Source: Spirochaetia bacterium
GTDB taxonomy: Bacteria; Spirochaetota; Spirochaetia; CAKZLE01
NCBI GenBank assembly: GCA_963677595.1
Contig: OY782041.1
Location: 1,600,001-1,664,000 of the forward strand
Direction of reading: 5' to 3'
DNA: 64,000 bases
The notes under the pieces were generated by a model. The model was given only the letters and a program-made list of their open reading frames with translations. It searched no databases and was not told the DNA's origin. A program made the position numbers and the translations under genes. Every line of letters begins with the position of its first letter. Position 1 is the first letter of the stretch. Below, piece by piece: positions 10,763 through 20,833 of the stretch.

Positions 10763-12226
10763 TTACCCCTTCGCGATATGCCCGAGGAGCGCCGTGAGGT
10801 AGTTGAACACCCGTGCCGCTGAGGAGAGGCTCATCTGTTCATCGGTTGAGTGGACCCCGCTCAGGTCAGGACCGAAGGAGATGGAATCCATATCCTCTGC
10901 CTTGCTGTTGATGACCCCGCATTCCAGTCCTGCATGGATGGCAGTCACCACCGGTTCCTTCCCAGTGAACTCCCGGTAGAAATCCGCACAGACTCCCGCC
11001 ATGGGGGAATCGGGGTTCGGTGTCCATGAGGGGTATTCGTTCACCTTGTCCGTCACCGCCCCGCAGCTCTCGAAGGCGATAGCCGTTCGTTCCTCCATGT
11101 CGTCCCGTGCTGAGAGGATCGATGACCGTTGGCTGGAGGTGAAGGAGAAGGAGCCCTCCCCGAGTCTCACGACAGCCATGTTGTTCGAGGTCTCCACGAG
11201 CCCGGGGATCGTCCTGCTCATGGCATCGACCCCGTTGGGAGTCAGGATGAGCGCATCGATGACCGCTTCCGACTGTGCAGCACTGACAGCTCTCTGTGGC
11301 AGTGCCGCTTCAGCTGCGGTAACGGCAGTATCCGGGTCAGCGGTGCCGAGTTCTGCCTTGAGGGCATCACTGATGGTTGATACAGCTTCCCTCACCAGGG
11401 ACTCACTTCCCTCAGGGAGGATGCAGGTGCAGTAGAAGGTGCTCGGGATCACGTTGCGCTTGGTGCCGCTTGAGATCGACGCGATCTGGAGCGGCACCTG
11501 CCTGCACAGCAGCTTGAGCAGCCGTGCGCCTGCCTTGATCGCATTGCCTCTCCCGGTATGGATCTCGGCTCCCGAATGGCCCCCGATGAAGCCTGAGAGC
11601 GTGATGTCCCAGGCCTCGGAGCCAGCAGGGATCCCCTCCCATGCAGCTTCGAGTGACCCCACGACCTCCCCGCCGCCTGCGCACCCGATATAGAAGACCC
11701 CCTCCTCCTCGGAGTCGAGGTTGATCAACCTCCTGCTGTTCACGTTTGAAATATCGAGGCCGAAGGCCCCGTCGAGCCCGGTCTCCTCGGAGACGGTGAA
11801 GATCCCCTCCAGCGGCCCATGGGTAAGCGTATCATCATCGAATATTGCAAGGATCATCGCAATAGCGATCCCGTTGTCCGCCCCGAGGGTAGTCCCTTCC
11901 GCACTCAGGGAATCCCCGGTGACCTGGAGCTTGATCGGGTCCGCGGCGAAATCATGCCTGTAATCATCATCTTTGACACAGACCATGTCCATATGGCCCT
12001 GCATCGCTATGGATTGTGCATCTTCTGTCCCTACAGTCCCCGGCTTCCTGATGACCACATTGCCGACAGCGTCGGTCGCATGCCAGAGGCCGTGGTCCTG
12101 TGCGAAGGTGATGAGGTATTCACGGACCCCCTGTTCATTCCCCGATTCCCTCGGGATCTGGGAGAGTTCATAGAAATACCGCAGCACCGCTGCCGGTTCA
12201 TGGGAGAGAAGGTCTTGTTTCGTCAT
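10763..12226 (-). CDS. pepD: Aminoacyl-histidine dipeptidase
   Basis: QGHMDMV, TLGADNG, EETG, GGHSG, HAGLECG. Confidence 0.93.
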   Translation of the reverse strand: MTKQDLLSHEPAAVLRYFYELSQIPRESGNEQGVREYLITFAQDHGLWHATDAVGNVVIRKPGTVGTEDAQSIAMQGHMDMVCVKDDDYRHDFAADPIKLQVTGDSLSAEGTTLGADNGIAIAMILAIFDDDTLTHGPLEGIFTVSEETGLDGAFGLDISNVNSRRLINLDSEEEGVFYIGCAGGGEVVGSLEAAWEGIPAGSEAWDITLSGFIGGHSGAEIHTGRGNAIKAGARLLKLLCRQVPLQIASISSGTKRNVIPSTFYCTCILPEGSESLVREAVSTISDALKAELGTADPDTAVTAAEAALPQRAVSAAQSEAVIDALILTPNGVDAMSRTIPGLVETSNNMAVVRLGEGSFSFTSSQRSSILSARDDMEERTAIAFESCGAVTDKVNEYPSWTPNPDSPMAGVCADFYREFTGKEPVVTAIHAGLECGVINSKAEDMDSISFGPDLSGVHSTDEQMSLSSAARVFNYLTALLGHIAKG

Positions 12227-12330
12227 ACAGTAGTCCTTTGTTGTTGATTCTACGGTATGAGTATATACCCTTGCGAGAAAAAATCCATAGGCAGGAAACA
12301 GATTGTCAGGAAATGAGGGGCGGGGGGACC

Positions 12331-13689
12331 CTAGAGCGTCTCCCTGGTATACGGCAGGCGGATGGTGCAGAGCACCTTCCCCTCGGGGAGGTTGTCCAGT
12401 GAGATGGTGCCGTCAAGGAGGTTGGAGACCCGCTTTGCCAGCGTCAGCCCCAGCCCGGAACCGGACGTGTTGCGGGAGAGGTCCCCGCGGACGAGATCCT
12501 TGAAGAGCGAGGAGATGGAATCCTCGGGGATCCTTCCGGTGTTCTCGATACTGAAGAAGATGTACCTGCTGCCGGAGTAGCATGTGGCGGTGATCTCCCC
12601 ACCCTCAGGGGTGTAGATGAACGCATTCTCGATGACTGCATCGAGAGCTTTCGTGAGCAGGAACTGGTCTGCGAAGAAGGTGAAATCCTCGATCTTGTGG
12701 GTAAGGTGGATCGACTTTCGCTCCTCCAGGTCTGAGAAGGAGTTCAGCAGCCCGTTGAGGAACGGTTTGCTCTGGATTCGGGATGGGGAGATCGTGATGT
12801 CAGGGGAATCGAGGAGCGAAAGGTCCATGAAGGAGTGTATCCGGTTCTCGAGGACGAGGAGCTCCCGCTTCATCTGCGCATACATCTTCTCGGATGGGGG
12901 GAAGACCCCGTCGAGCAGCCCCTCTATCCGTACTTTCAGGGCGGTGACGGGGGTGTTGAGGTCATGGCCGATGTTCTTCAGCCAGTTCGATCGCTCCCGT
13001 TCATTATCGGTGATCTCCTTCTGGAGGGCTCTCACGTCATCGGTGATCCGCTCGATCTCCCTGATACTCGAGATATTCCGTATCTCGGCGGTGCTGTTGC
13101 CCCGGGTGATCATGCTGAGGGATTCAGATATCTGTGAGATCGGTTTGGAGATATTCTTCGAGAGGATGACGGCCAGGACCGTCGATATGACCACGGCGGC
13201 CAGGATGCTGCTGATGAGTGCGGTAAGGATCTTATCAAACAGGTCCTGGGTCATCTTGAAGGCCGATGGGGAGAACGTCCCTATCGTGACGGTCCCCATG
13301 AGATTCCCCGCATACATGACTGGAATATCGAAGCCCCTGGGGACCATATCCTTCGAGGGATGGGCTCCGTCATCCTCATCAACGGGGTCCCGCTTCATGG
13401 AGATGACCTCATTCCCTTCCGTATCGGTGAATGACAGGTAGGAGATCCTGGTATCCTCGATCGAGTTGACGATGACATCGGTGAGGACCACGCTCTTGCC
13501 CAGGGCCTCCTGCTCCTCGGCGAACTGGAGGTTCGTCTGGAGGTTTGAGGTGAACTCACTCACGATCTCCTCGTTCCAGCGGTTGGTTGCCTGGACTGAT
13601 GAGATATAGATGGATGCGAACACGATGGCAAGAACCAGGAGTACGGTGATGATGATCGAGCCGAATATCCTTGAGAAGAGTGTACGCAT
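12331..13689 (-). CDS. Sensor histidine kinase (2 TM, periplasmic loop, HAMP, HisKA, HATPase)
   Basis: GHDLNTP H-box, ENAFIY N-box, GSGLGL. Confidence 0.92.
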   Translation of the reverse strand: MRTLFSRIFGSIIITVLLVLAIVFASIYISSVQATNRWNEEIVSEFTSNLQTNLQFAEEQEALGKSVVLTDVIVNSIEDTRISYLSFTDTEGNEVISMKRDPVDEDDGAHPSKDMVPRGFDIPVMYAGNLMGTVTIGTFSPSAFKMTQDLFDKILTALISSILAAVVISTVLAVILSKNISKPISQISESLSMITRGNSTAEIRNISSIREIERITDDVRALQKEITDNERERSNWLKNIGHDLNTPVTALKVRIEGLLDGVFPPSEKMYAQMKRELLVLENRIHSFMDLSLLDSPDITISPSRIQSKPFLNGLLNSFSDLEERKSIHLTHKIEDFTFFADQFLLTKALDAVIENAFIYTPEGGEITATCYSGSRYIFFSIENTGRIPEDSISSLFKDLVRGDLSRNTSGSGLGLTLAKRVSNLLDGTISLDNLPEGKVLCTIRLPYTRETL

Positions 13690-13701
13690 AGGCTGCTCCC
13701 C

Positions 13702-14391
13702 CTACGCCTGGGTCCCGGTGAACACGTAGCCGTATCCACGGATCGTGGAGATCCACTTGGCATTCCCGAGCTTGGACCGGATGTTCTTGATATGAGTATC
13801 GACGATCCGGTCGTTCGAGTCATAGGAGTAGTTGAGGCAGTATTCGAGGATATGATCCCGTGAGATCACATTCCCGGAGTTCTCGATGAGGTGGATGAGG
13901 ATCTTCCATTCCGCGGCCGTGAGGAGGATCGGTTTCCCCTTGATGGAGAGGCTGTGCCGTGCCGGCTCGATCTCGAGGGTCTCATCACCGAGTTCCCAGG
14001 TCTTGCCCTGTTGTGCGGCCTCTGCCGTCCCCTCGGTGCGGTTGAGGATCGCCTTCACCCTGAGGACGAGCTCCTTGGGGGAGAAGGGCTTCGCGATATA
14101 ATCATCTGCCCCGAGCTCGAACCCGAGGATTCGGTCGGACTCGGAGTTCCTGGCGGTCATGAAGACGATGGGGAAGGTGTGGGTCTTCCGTATCCTCTTT
14201 GCCAGGAGGAACCCGTCCCCGTCGGGGAGCATGACATCGAGGATCGCGAGATCCGGGACCTCCTTGGACAGGCCCCGCTCGAAGTCCTTGACGCAGGCAT
14301 AAGACTGGACCTGGAGTTCAGACAGCTCAAGATAAGCATGGAGACTCTCCCTGATGGATTCATTATCTTCAACTACGTATATCGTTTTCAT
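13702..14391 (-). CDS. OmpR/PhoB family response regulator
   Basis: VVED, LDVMLP, KPF, RIVDTHIKNIRSKL, TIRGYGY. Confidence 0.93.
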   Translation of the reverse strand: MKTIYVVEDNESIRESLHAYLELSELQVQSYACVKDFERGLSKEVPDLAILDVMLPDGDGFLLAKRIRKTHTFPIVFMTARNSESDRILGFELGADDYIAKPFSPKELVLRVKAILNRTEGTAEAAQQGKTWELGDETLEIEPARHSLSIKGKPILLTAAEWKILIHLIENSGNVISRDHILEYCLNYSYDSNDRIVDTHIKNIRSKLGNAKWISTIRGYGYVFTGTQA

Positions 14392-14430
14392 GTAGCCTAT
14401 TATGCAGTAATGACCTGCGATGCGCAACAA

Positions 14431-14507
14431 TCGACACGAACAATACACGAAACTTCACAGAAACTCCACAAATGGTCCATACCGTCTCCATACTCGGTCG
14501 ATAGGGT
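14431..14507 (+). promoter_or_regulatory. Phased 11-bp direct repeats (CTTCACA/CTCCACA/GTCCATA/CTCCATA) plus -10 TAGGGT
   Basis: Heptads at 14453, 14464, 14475, 14486; -10 starts 9 bp after last heptad. Confidence 0.7.
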
Positions 14508-14546
14508 GAGGACATCACTACTAACGATAAGGATGTGAGGCAGAAG

Positions 14547-15275
14547 ATGAGCATAGCCGGAAAGAAGATCATAGGCATCATCATGGTCATAGTATGTATA
14601 GGTTCAGCCAGCCTGTTCGCTGACTCCCTCTGGAGGATAGCTGATGAGATCGCGCAGGAGAGCAGTTCGCTCATTCCCGCGATGACGGAGATCACCTACG
14701 GGGAGACCAACGGCTTCGGCGTCCAGATGACCGAGGAGGAGGCCGTGATCCTGCATGGGGAGAACCGCATCGGTTCCCTGACCGTCAGGGAGTTCGGGGA
14801 GGATGATGTCTTTGCGGTGATCGGGACTTTCACTGAGGGGCTGGCATTCAGCCCCTTCGCTGAAGGGGTGGAGGAGCTGGAGTATGAGCAGACCGGGGAA
14901 AGTGAGCTCGTAGGCGGGGTCAGGGCCGTCGAGTATGCGTTCGACCTGGTCATCGACGAGGCGCTCATCACGTATGGTTCCTTCGTCGAGAGCGGAAATG
15001 ATATAGAGATAGAGGGGTCAGTCTGGATCGCAGCCGATGAGGGCTATGCCGTGAAGGTTGAGCTTGCCTACAGCAGGTATGACAACTACACCGGTTCCCT
15101 TGCCATCACGCAGGAGACCCTGTTCAAGTATGAGGATGACCAATGGCTCCCTCTCAAGACCCTTACGAAGGGAAAACAGGTCTTCACCCGGCCGGACAAG
15201 ACCGAGAAGCGCATAGACTTCATCCTGACGGAGGCCTATGCGAAGTTCTTTGAAGCAGAATCGTATGCACGGTAG
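14547..15275 (+). CDS. Secreted acidic protein, paralog A (unknown; LolA-like fold suspected)
   Basis: Signal peptide ending ASLFA; aligns over full length with 16679..17422. Confidence 0.8.
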   Translation: MSIAGKKIIGIIMVIVCIGSASLFADSLWRIADEIAQESSSLIPAMTEITYGETNGFGVQMTEEEAVILHGENRIGSLTVREFGEDDVFAVIGTFTEGLAFSPFAEGVEELEYEQTGESELVGGVRAVEYAFDLVIDEALITYGSFVESGNDIEIEGSVWIAADEGYAVKVELAYSRYDNYTGSLAITQETLFKYEDDQWLPLKTLTKGKQVFTRPDKTEKRIDFILTEAYAKFFEAESYAR

Positions 15276-15301
15276 ATCCCTGCAGATGAGATAATGAGTA
15301 C

Positions 15302-15327
15302 GGGGAAGCTTGCTTCCCCATTTCTTT
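15302..15327 (+). terminator. Intrinsic terminator
   Basis: GGGGAAG-CTTG-CTTCCCC then ATTTCTTT. Confidence 0.7.
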
Positions 15328-15337
15328 GGGTGAACAG

Positions 15338-15413
15338 CTACACACAATCTACACATAACTTCACATACAAAACAAAAAAACTACAGATGGGCCACACAGT
15401 ACTCACCTACAGT
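15338..15413 (+). promoter_or_regulatory. Phased ~11-bp repeats (CTACACA, CTACACA, CTTCACA, CTACAGA, CCACACA) plus -10 TACAGT
   Basis: Heptads at 15338, 15349, 15359, 15381, 15392; -10 starts 9 bp after last. Confidence 0.6.
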
Positions 15414-15449
15414 GCATGTATCACGTAAATTTTGCTTTTGGAGGAAACC

Positions 15450-16430
15450 ATGAAAAGAGCTATGATCGCGGCATGCATCCTTGTATTCGCTGCTGCCAGT
15501 ACCTTTGCTGTTGACCTGTCCGGAGAGTTCTCGTATTACCTTGACATCCCGCTTGACGGGTCTGCCTTCGCTGAATCAAGCTATGATTCGACCGGCTTGT
15601 TCTCCGGTGACTTCGACATCTCGGTAACGGCTGACAACTACTCAGTGAGTGTCAGCGGCGATGCGGATGGAGACTTCAATGTCGACCATATGGAAGGCGT
15701 CCTGGAGGTTGACCTGACCGGTGCCCTGGCTGAGGCTGACATTGAGCTGCCGGCTGATGTGACCGTCCAGATCGGGAACGACGGCTATACAGCGACCGGC
15801 CTGTACAAGGACCCGAACTATAAGTACTTCGACGATGAAGGGACCCAGGGCGCGACTGCGATCGGTGCCTCCATCGGCTTGGATATGTTCACGCTCGAAG
15901 TAGGGGCTGATATGCTCTCACTCAATGACGGGAATGCGGCTACCCCGGTAGATATCGTGGCAGGACTCGTCGTTGCCCCGACTGACGGTGTGAAGGTTGC
16001 CGTGAACTATGACACCGCATCAGAAGCACTGGCTACATCCGGTAAGGTGGATGTGGAAGCGCTTGCTGATACCCCTCTTGATGCACTTGCCCTCACCTAC
16101 GGGGTCAATGTGGACTTCGCGAACTCCGATACCGTCTTCGGCGTCTGCCTTGATGCGGAAGTAGAGAAGGTCGAGACGAAAGTATGGTATGAGTACAACA
16201 ACTCAGGTGCAAACGAGCACGAGATCGCTGCATCCTTCGATTATGCCGCAAGTGATGTCCTCGCTCCCTATGCATCCATCGCCTGTACGGACCTCGCTGC
16301 CTTCGCGACCTCTGTAGAGTACTCAGTCGGTGCGACCTACACCCTCGGCGGGATCGACTACACGGCAGAGCTGGAAGGTGACACGACAGCGGCACCCACG
16401 CTCTCCCTCGGTCTCGACATCGCATTCTAA
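15450..16430 (+). CDS. Putative outer-membrane beta-barrel / surface protein, very acidic
   Basis: Signal peptide (STFA/VDLSG), alternating beta-strand pattern, C-terminal LSLGLDIAF. Confidence 0.7.
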   Translation: MKRAMIAACILVFAAASTFAVDLSGEFSYYLDIPLDGSAFAESSYDSTGLFSGDFDISVTADNYSVSVSGDADGDFNVDHMEGVLEVDLTGALAEADIELPADVTVQIGNDGYTATGLYKDPNYKYFDDEGTQGATAIGASIGLDMFTLEVGADMLSLNDGNAATPVDIVAGLVVAPTDGVKVAVNYDTASEALATSGKVDVEALADTPLDALALTYGVNVDFANSDTVFGVCLDAEVEKVETKVWYEYNNSGANEHEIAASFDYAASDVLAPYASIACTDLAAFATSVEYSVGATYTLGGIDYTAELEGDTTAAPTLSLGLDIAF

Positions 16431-16494
16431 CCACGTATCCAAAGGGATCGAAGCTTCCTCTTATTAAGCTCGGGTTCCCTTTTATTTAGCTATC

Positions 16495-16528
16495 GGCTCT
16501 CCCTGCGTTGCAGGGGGGGCTGTTTTTG
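16495..16528 (+). terminator. Intrinsic terminator
   Basis: GGCTCTCCCTGC-GTT-GCAGGGGGGGCT then TTTTT. Confidence 0.7.
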
Positions 16529-16539
16529 ATTATACACAG

Positions 16540-16615
16540 CTCCACAACTACCTGACAAAACTTCACATAAACTCCATAGACAGTCCATACAGCCTCCATA
16601 CCGGTCCCCTATATT
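16540..16615 (+). promoter_or_regulatory. Phased 11-bp repeats (CTTCACA/CTCCATA/GTCCATA/CTCCATA) plus -10 TATATT
   Basis: Heptads at 16561, 16572, 16583, 16594; nearly identical to 14453..14492. Confidence 0.75.
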
Positions 16616-16678
16616 CTAATCAGTCAGTACGACAGAACAGAGAAATCAAATTTTTAACGAATGATAGGAGATACCAAG

Positions 16679-17422
16679 ATGAACAAGAGAAACCATGGAA
16701 GAAGATTACCGAAAGCAGGGCTCATCGCAGCCGTATTACTCGTCGCCTCGATGGCAGGGGCATTCGCCGGGAACCTGTGGTCTACTGCAGACTCGATCGC
16801 CTCGGACAGCGCCTCTCTCGTGCCGGCCTACACCTCAGTCAATTACACCGAGACCACTGCCGATGGGCAGGCAGTCCTCACCGAGCAGGCGCTGATCATC
16901 CATGATGAGAACCGCAACGATGAGCTCACCCGAGCCGAGTACGGGGAAGATGATGTATTCGCCGTGATCGGGAGCTTCACCGACGGCCTGGCCTTCAGCC
17001 CCTTCGCCGATGCGGCTGCAGACCTCGAGTATGAGGCTACCGGGGAGACAGCGGTGATCGACGGCGTGTCGGCTGCCGAGTACTCCTTCGAGTACACGAT
17101 CGACGAGAACCAGATCGCCTACGACTCAGCGATCAGCAACGGGACTGACGTGGATGTCGAGGGGACCGTGTGGATCAGTGAGAACGAGGGCTATGCCGTG
17201 AAGGCCGAGGTGGAATACAGCATCTATGACAATACGAGCGGGAACATCGAGATCGCGCAGGTGATCACCTATGACTACAATGGGGAGAGCTGGATGCCGG
17301 TACAGACGGTGACTACCGGATCACAGGTCTTCACCGAGCGGGATAAGACCGAGACGGTGACCAACTTCACCCTCGTCGAGACCTATTCGGAGTTCTTCGC
17401 AGCCTCTGGCTACGCACGATAA
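16679..17422 (+). CDS. Secreted acidic protein, paralog B
   Basis: Signal peptide ending AGAFA; shares GEDDVFAVIG.FT.GLAFSPFA, G.VWI...EGYAVK and FF...YAR end with paralog A. Confidence 0.82.
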   Translation: MNKRNHGRRLPKAGLIAAVLLVASMAGAFAGNLWSTADSIASDSASLVPAYTSVNYTETTADGQAVLTEQALIIHDENRNDELTRAEYGEDDVFAVIGSFTDGLAFSPFADAAADLEYEATGETAVIDGVSAAEYSFEYTIDENQIAYDSAISNGTDVDVEGTVWISENEGYAVKAEVEYSIYDNTSGNIEIAQVITYDYNGESWMPVQTVTTGSQVFTERDKTETVTNFTLVETYSEFFAASGYAR

Positions 17423-17464
17423 GGCCTGAAGAGAGAAAGGATAGCGGGAATCATTGATGATGAA

Positions 17465-17487
17465 GGCGGGCGAAAGCCCGCCTGTTT
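17465..17487. terminator. GC hairpin between convergent genes
   Basis: GGCGGGC-GAAA-GCCCGCC-TGTTT. Confidence 0.65.
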
Positions 17488-17499
17488 CGCGTCCGGGCA

Positions 17500-18876
17500 T
17501 CAATGCAGGGTCAGGTCGTTGATCCATCTCTTCGACCGGATCCTCCAGGTGCTGATGGCAGCCTTGTAGATCTCCTCCAAGCCAAGCAGGAGGTAGAGCA
17601 GGTCAAGGGGCAGACCGAGGAAGAAGCCTCCGAAGAGGGCCAGGGGGACACCCACGAGCCAGACGCTGGTCAGCTCTATGAACAAAGATATCCTGGTATC
17701 CCCGCCGGAGCGGAGGATGCCGACGATGGTATGCATGTTGAAGGCCTTGAAGGGGAAGATGAGGCCGATCATCATCAGGGATCGCGTCGTGAGACCCATG
17801 ATCTCCTGTGATACATTGAAGGCCTGCGGGAGGATGGGGGCGAGGAGGAACATCGCAAGGCCCATCACCGCACCGAACCCCAGGGCGATGAGCATGAACC
17901 TCCGTGCATAGGCACCGGCGAGCTGGTACTGCTTCTCCCCGATTCGTTTCCCGATCATGACGGCGCAGCCGCTCGAGGTTCCCATGAAGACGACGAAATA
18001 GAGGCCTTGGATAGCTTCCACGACATTGGCAGAGGCGATGACATGCGTACCCATGCGGGCGAAGACGATCTTGTAGACGACCATGCCGACCGACCAGATC
18101 ACCTCGTTCAGGATGACCGGGAGTGCGGTCTTGAAGTATTTCGGCACGAACGCACGGTCGATGGTGAGGAAGCTCCTCATCGTGCCGGCAACCGGGAGCC
18201 GCTTCCGGTAGGTGAAGAAGAGGATGATGGCCATCTCGAAGAAGCGCGAGATCGTGGTGGCAATAGCGGCCCCTGCGATACCCATGGCCGGGAAGCCAAG
18301 CTTCCCGAAGATGAGGATATAGTTCAGCACGATATTCATGACGACCGATACGGCGGTCCCGATCAGGGGGATCTGAGTCTGCTCGGTCGACCTGAGGGCG
18401 AAGGCGAAGATGATGGAGACGGCGGTGAAGAGGTAGCTGACCCCCACGATACGCAGGTAGACTGCCCCAGCCTCGATGACGGCAGGATCAGGGGAGAAGA
18501 TGGCCATGACGAAGCGGGGGGAGATGACCGATGTCAGGGAGAAGAGCAGCCCTGCTGCCAGGGAGAGGATCATCGATATGCCCATGGTCATATGGATCTT
18601 CCCGAGGTTCTTGCTTCCCCAGAACTGGGCCATGAAGACTGATGAACCGCTGCTCACCCCGAAGAGGATGAGGATGATGAGGAAGAACATCTGGTTCGCG
18701 AGCCCCACCGAAGCTATCTGGACGTCACCGAGCTGCCCGATCATCAGGGTGTCGACGAACGAGAGGGATGAGCCGAGCAGGCTCTGGAGCATGATGGGGC
18801 CAGCTATCTTCAACAGCTGTGAATAGAAGCCGGGACCAATGATCTTGGATGTTGATTCTGCAGGTGTTACTGACAT
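17500..18876 (-). CDS. MATE family efflux transporter
   Basis: VDTLMIGQLG, GIAGAAIAT, GILRSGGDT; ~12 TM. Confidence 0.92.
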   Translation of the reverse strand: MSVTPAESTSKIIGPGFYSQLLKIAGPIMLQSLLGSSLSFVDTLMIGQLGDVQIASVGLANQMFFLIILILFGVSSGSSVFMAQFWGSKNLGKIHMTMGISMILSLAAGLLFSLTSVISPRFVMAIFSPDPAVIEAGAVYLRIVGVSYLFTAVSIIFAFALRSTEQTQIPLIGTAVSVVMNIVLNYILIFGKLGFPAMGIAGAAIATTISRFFEMAIILFFTYRKRLPVAGTMRSFLTIDRAFVPKYFKTALPVILNEVIWSVGMVVYKIVFARMGTHVIASANVVEAIQGLYFVVFMGTSSGCAVMIGKRIGEKQYQLAGAYARRFMLIALGFGAVMGLAMFLLAPILPQAFNVSQEIMGLTTRSLMMIGLIFPFKAFNMHTIVGILRSGGDTRISLFIELTSVWLVGVPLALFGGFFLGLPLDLLYLLLGLEEIYKAAISTWRIRSKRWINDLTLH

Positions 18877-18907
18877 GAGATTGTAGTACTCTAATACACC
18901 CTATAAG

Positions 18908-20833
18908 TCAATATGGTTTCCCGGTCTTTGTACCCCTTCGACGCTTTCTCCCAGCCGGGGGTCCCTGGGCTACGAGGCAGTCGGGACTGCTGCCGATCAG
19001 GTCTTCCCGTCCGGCGGCCCTGAGGGCCTCGATCACGAGGCTGCGGTTCTCCCTCTTGTGGAAGTGGAGCAGGGCTCGCTGCAGGTGCTTCTCACGTCCC
19101 TTCGGGACGTAGACGTCCCTGAAGCCCTTCCCAGGTCTTGGGTCGAGTCCGGTATAGTACATGCAGGTCGCTACCGTCCCCGGGGTGGGGTAGAAGTCTT
19201 GGATCTGGTCAGGGATGAAATGGTGCCGCTTGAGGTAGGTCGCAAGCATGATCGCATCATGAAGCGTGGAACCCGGGTGGCTTGAGATGAAATAGGGGAT
19301 GATGAACTGTCTCTTCCCTGATGCCTTGTTCGCCTTCTCGTAGAGGGTTGAGAACTCCTCGAAGAGCGAGATCCCGGGCTTCCCCATGGCGTCGAGGACG
19401 TCCGGGGAGACATGCTCCGGGGCCACCTTGAGCTGCCCGCTGGTATAGTGTCCTGCCAGTTCGGAAATGAACCGTTTACGCATTCGGGGGTCCGCAGCCT
19501 TGAGGAGGTAGTCATACCTGATCCCGGACCTGATGAAGACCTTCTTCACCCCGTCGAGTTCCCGTATCTGCTTCAGCAGTGAGAGGTACTCACCATGTGA
19601 GTCCTGGAGGGCCGGACAGGGTTCGGGGAAGAGGCACTGCCGGTCGGGGCAGGGGCCTGCAGTCTGCTGCTTCCTGCAGGCAGGACTGCGGAAGTTGGCT
19701 GTTGGGCCGCCCACATCGTGGATGTATCCCTTGAATCCCGGGTCCTTCGTGAGCCCGGCGGCCTCCCGTACGAGCGACCCCGGGCTCCGTGCCTGGATGA
19801 TGCGTCCCTGGTGGGAGGTGAGGGCACAGAAGGTGCAGCCGCCGAAGCAGCCCCTTGAGCTCGCGAGGCTGAACTGGACCTCGGCAAGGCCGGGGACCCC
19901 ACCTTCCCGGTCATAGGAAGGGTGCCATCCCCTGGTGTACGGTAGTTCGTAGACCGCATCGAGTTCAGCGGTCGAGAGCGGTGGAGCCGGGGGGTTCTGG
20001 ATCACGAGGTGTGTCGGGTACCCTTCGATCAGGCGCTCCGGCTTCATCGGGTTCTCGTGGAGTATCCTCAGCTGGATCGACTCGGCATAGCTCCTCTTCC
20101 CGGCGGGGGTGCCGGTGTTGGAGTGCACCTCCCGTTCCGAAACGGCTTCATAGTCAGGGAGCCTGATCTCGGAGGATGGGGAGCCTGCACCCTCAGCCTC
20201 TGCCTGCTTCAGCGTCTTTGCGAAAAGGGTGCCGGGCACGTCCTGGATGGATGAGATCTCCTCCCCGTCCCGGAGCCGTTCGCAGACGGCCGTGACAGGA
20301 AGCTCTGCCATGCCGTATATGAGCAGGTCAGCCTTGGCATCGAGGAGGATCGACCTCCTGATGCGGTCCGACCAGTAATCGTAATGGGAGAGCCTGCGCA
20401 GGGAAGCCTCAAGGCCGCCGAGGATCAGGGGGACTCCCTTGAATGCCTGCCGGGCCCTGGCTGCGTAGGTGATCACGGCACGGTCCGGACGGAGGCCGGC
20501 CTTCCCTCCCGGGCTGTAGCTGTCCGTGCCCCTCGGCTTGTTCGCCGAGGTGTAGTGGGCGACCATCGAGTCGATGTTGCCGGAGGTGACCATGCAGGCG
20601 AGTTTCGGCTGCCCGAGGACGAGGAAGTCATCGACCCCGTCCCAGGAAGGCTGGGCGATGATCCCTACGCGGAATCCCTTCGATTCCAGCAATCTGCCGA
20701 TGAGGGCAGTCCCGAATGAGGGGTGGTCCACATAGGCATCCCCGCTTATGATTATGATGTCACAGGCATCCCAGCCGCGCCGGTTCATCTCTTCCTGTGA
20801 CATGGGTAGTGGTTCGAACTTCGTTTTCATCAT
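18908..20833 (-). CDS. YgiQ family radical SAM protein (UPF0313)
   Basis: GDAYVDHPSFG, RGCFGGCTFC, DVGGPTAN, QDFYPTPG. Confidence 0.92.
   Translation of the reverse strand: MMKTKFEPLPMSQEEMNRRGWDACDIIIISGDAYVDHPSFGTALIGRLLESKGFRVGIIAQPSWDGVDDFLVLGQPKLACMVTSGNIDSMVAHYTSANKPRGTDSYSPGGKAGLRPDRAVITYAARARQAFKGVPLILGGLEASLRRLSHYDYWSDRIRRSILLDAKADLLIYGMAELPVTAVCERLRDGEEISSIQDVPGTLFAKTLKQAEAEGAGSPSSEIRLPDYEAVSEREVHSNTGTPAGKRSYAESIQLRILHENPMKPERLIEGYPTHLVIQNPPAPPLSTAELDAVYELPYTRGWHPSYDREGGVPGLAEVQFSLASSRGCFGGCTFCALTSHQGRIIQARSPGSLVREAAGLTKDPGFKGYIHDVGGPTANFRSPACRKQQTAGPCPDRQCLFPEPCPALQDSHGEYLSLLKQIRELDGVKKVFIRSGIRYDYLLKAADPRMRKRFISELAGHYTSGQLKVAPEHVSPDVLDAMGKPGISLFEEFSTLYEKANKASGKRQFIIPYFISSHPGSTLHDAIMLATYLKRHHFIPDQIQDFYPTPGTVATCMYYTGLDPRPGKGFRDVYVPKGREKHLQRALLHFHKRENRSLVIEALRAAGREDLIGSSPDCLVAQGPPAGRKRRRGTKTGKPY

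Noticed and set aside
14431-16604. CRISPR or iteron interpretation of the CA-rich repeats
   Set aside because: Degenerate 11-bp period tied to -10 boxes fits transcription-factor sites; no rep gene
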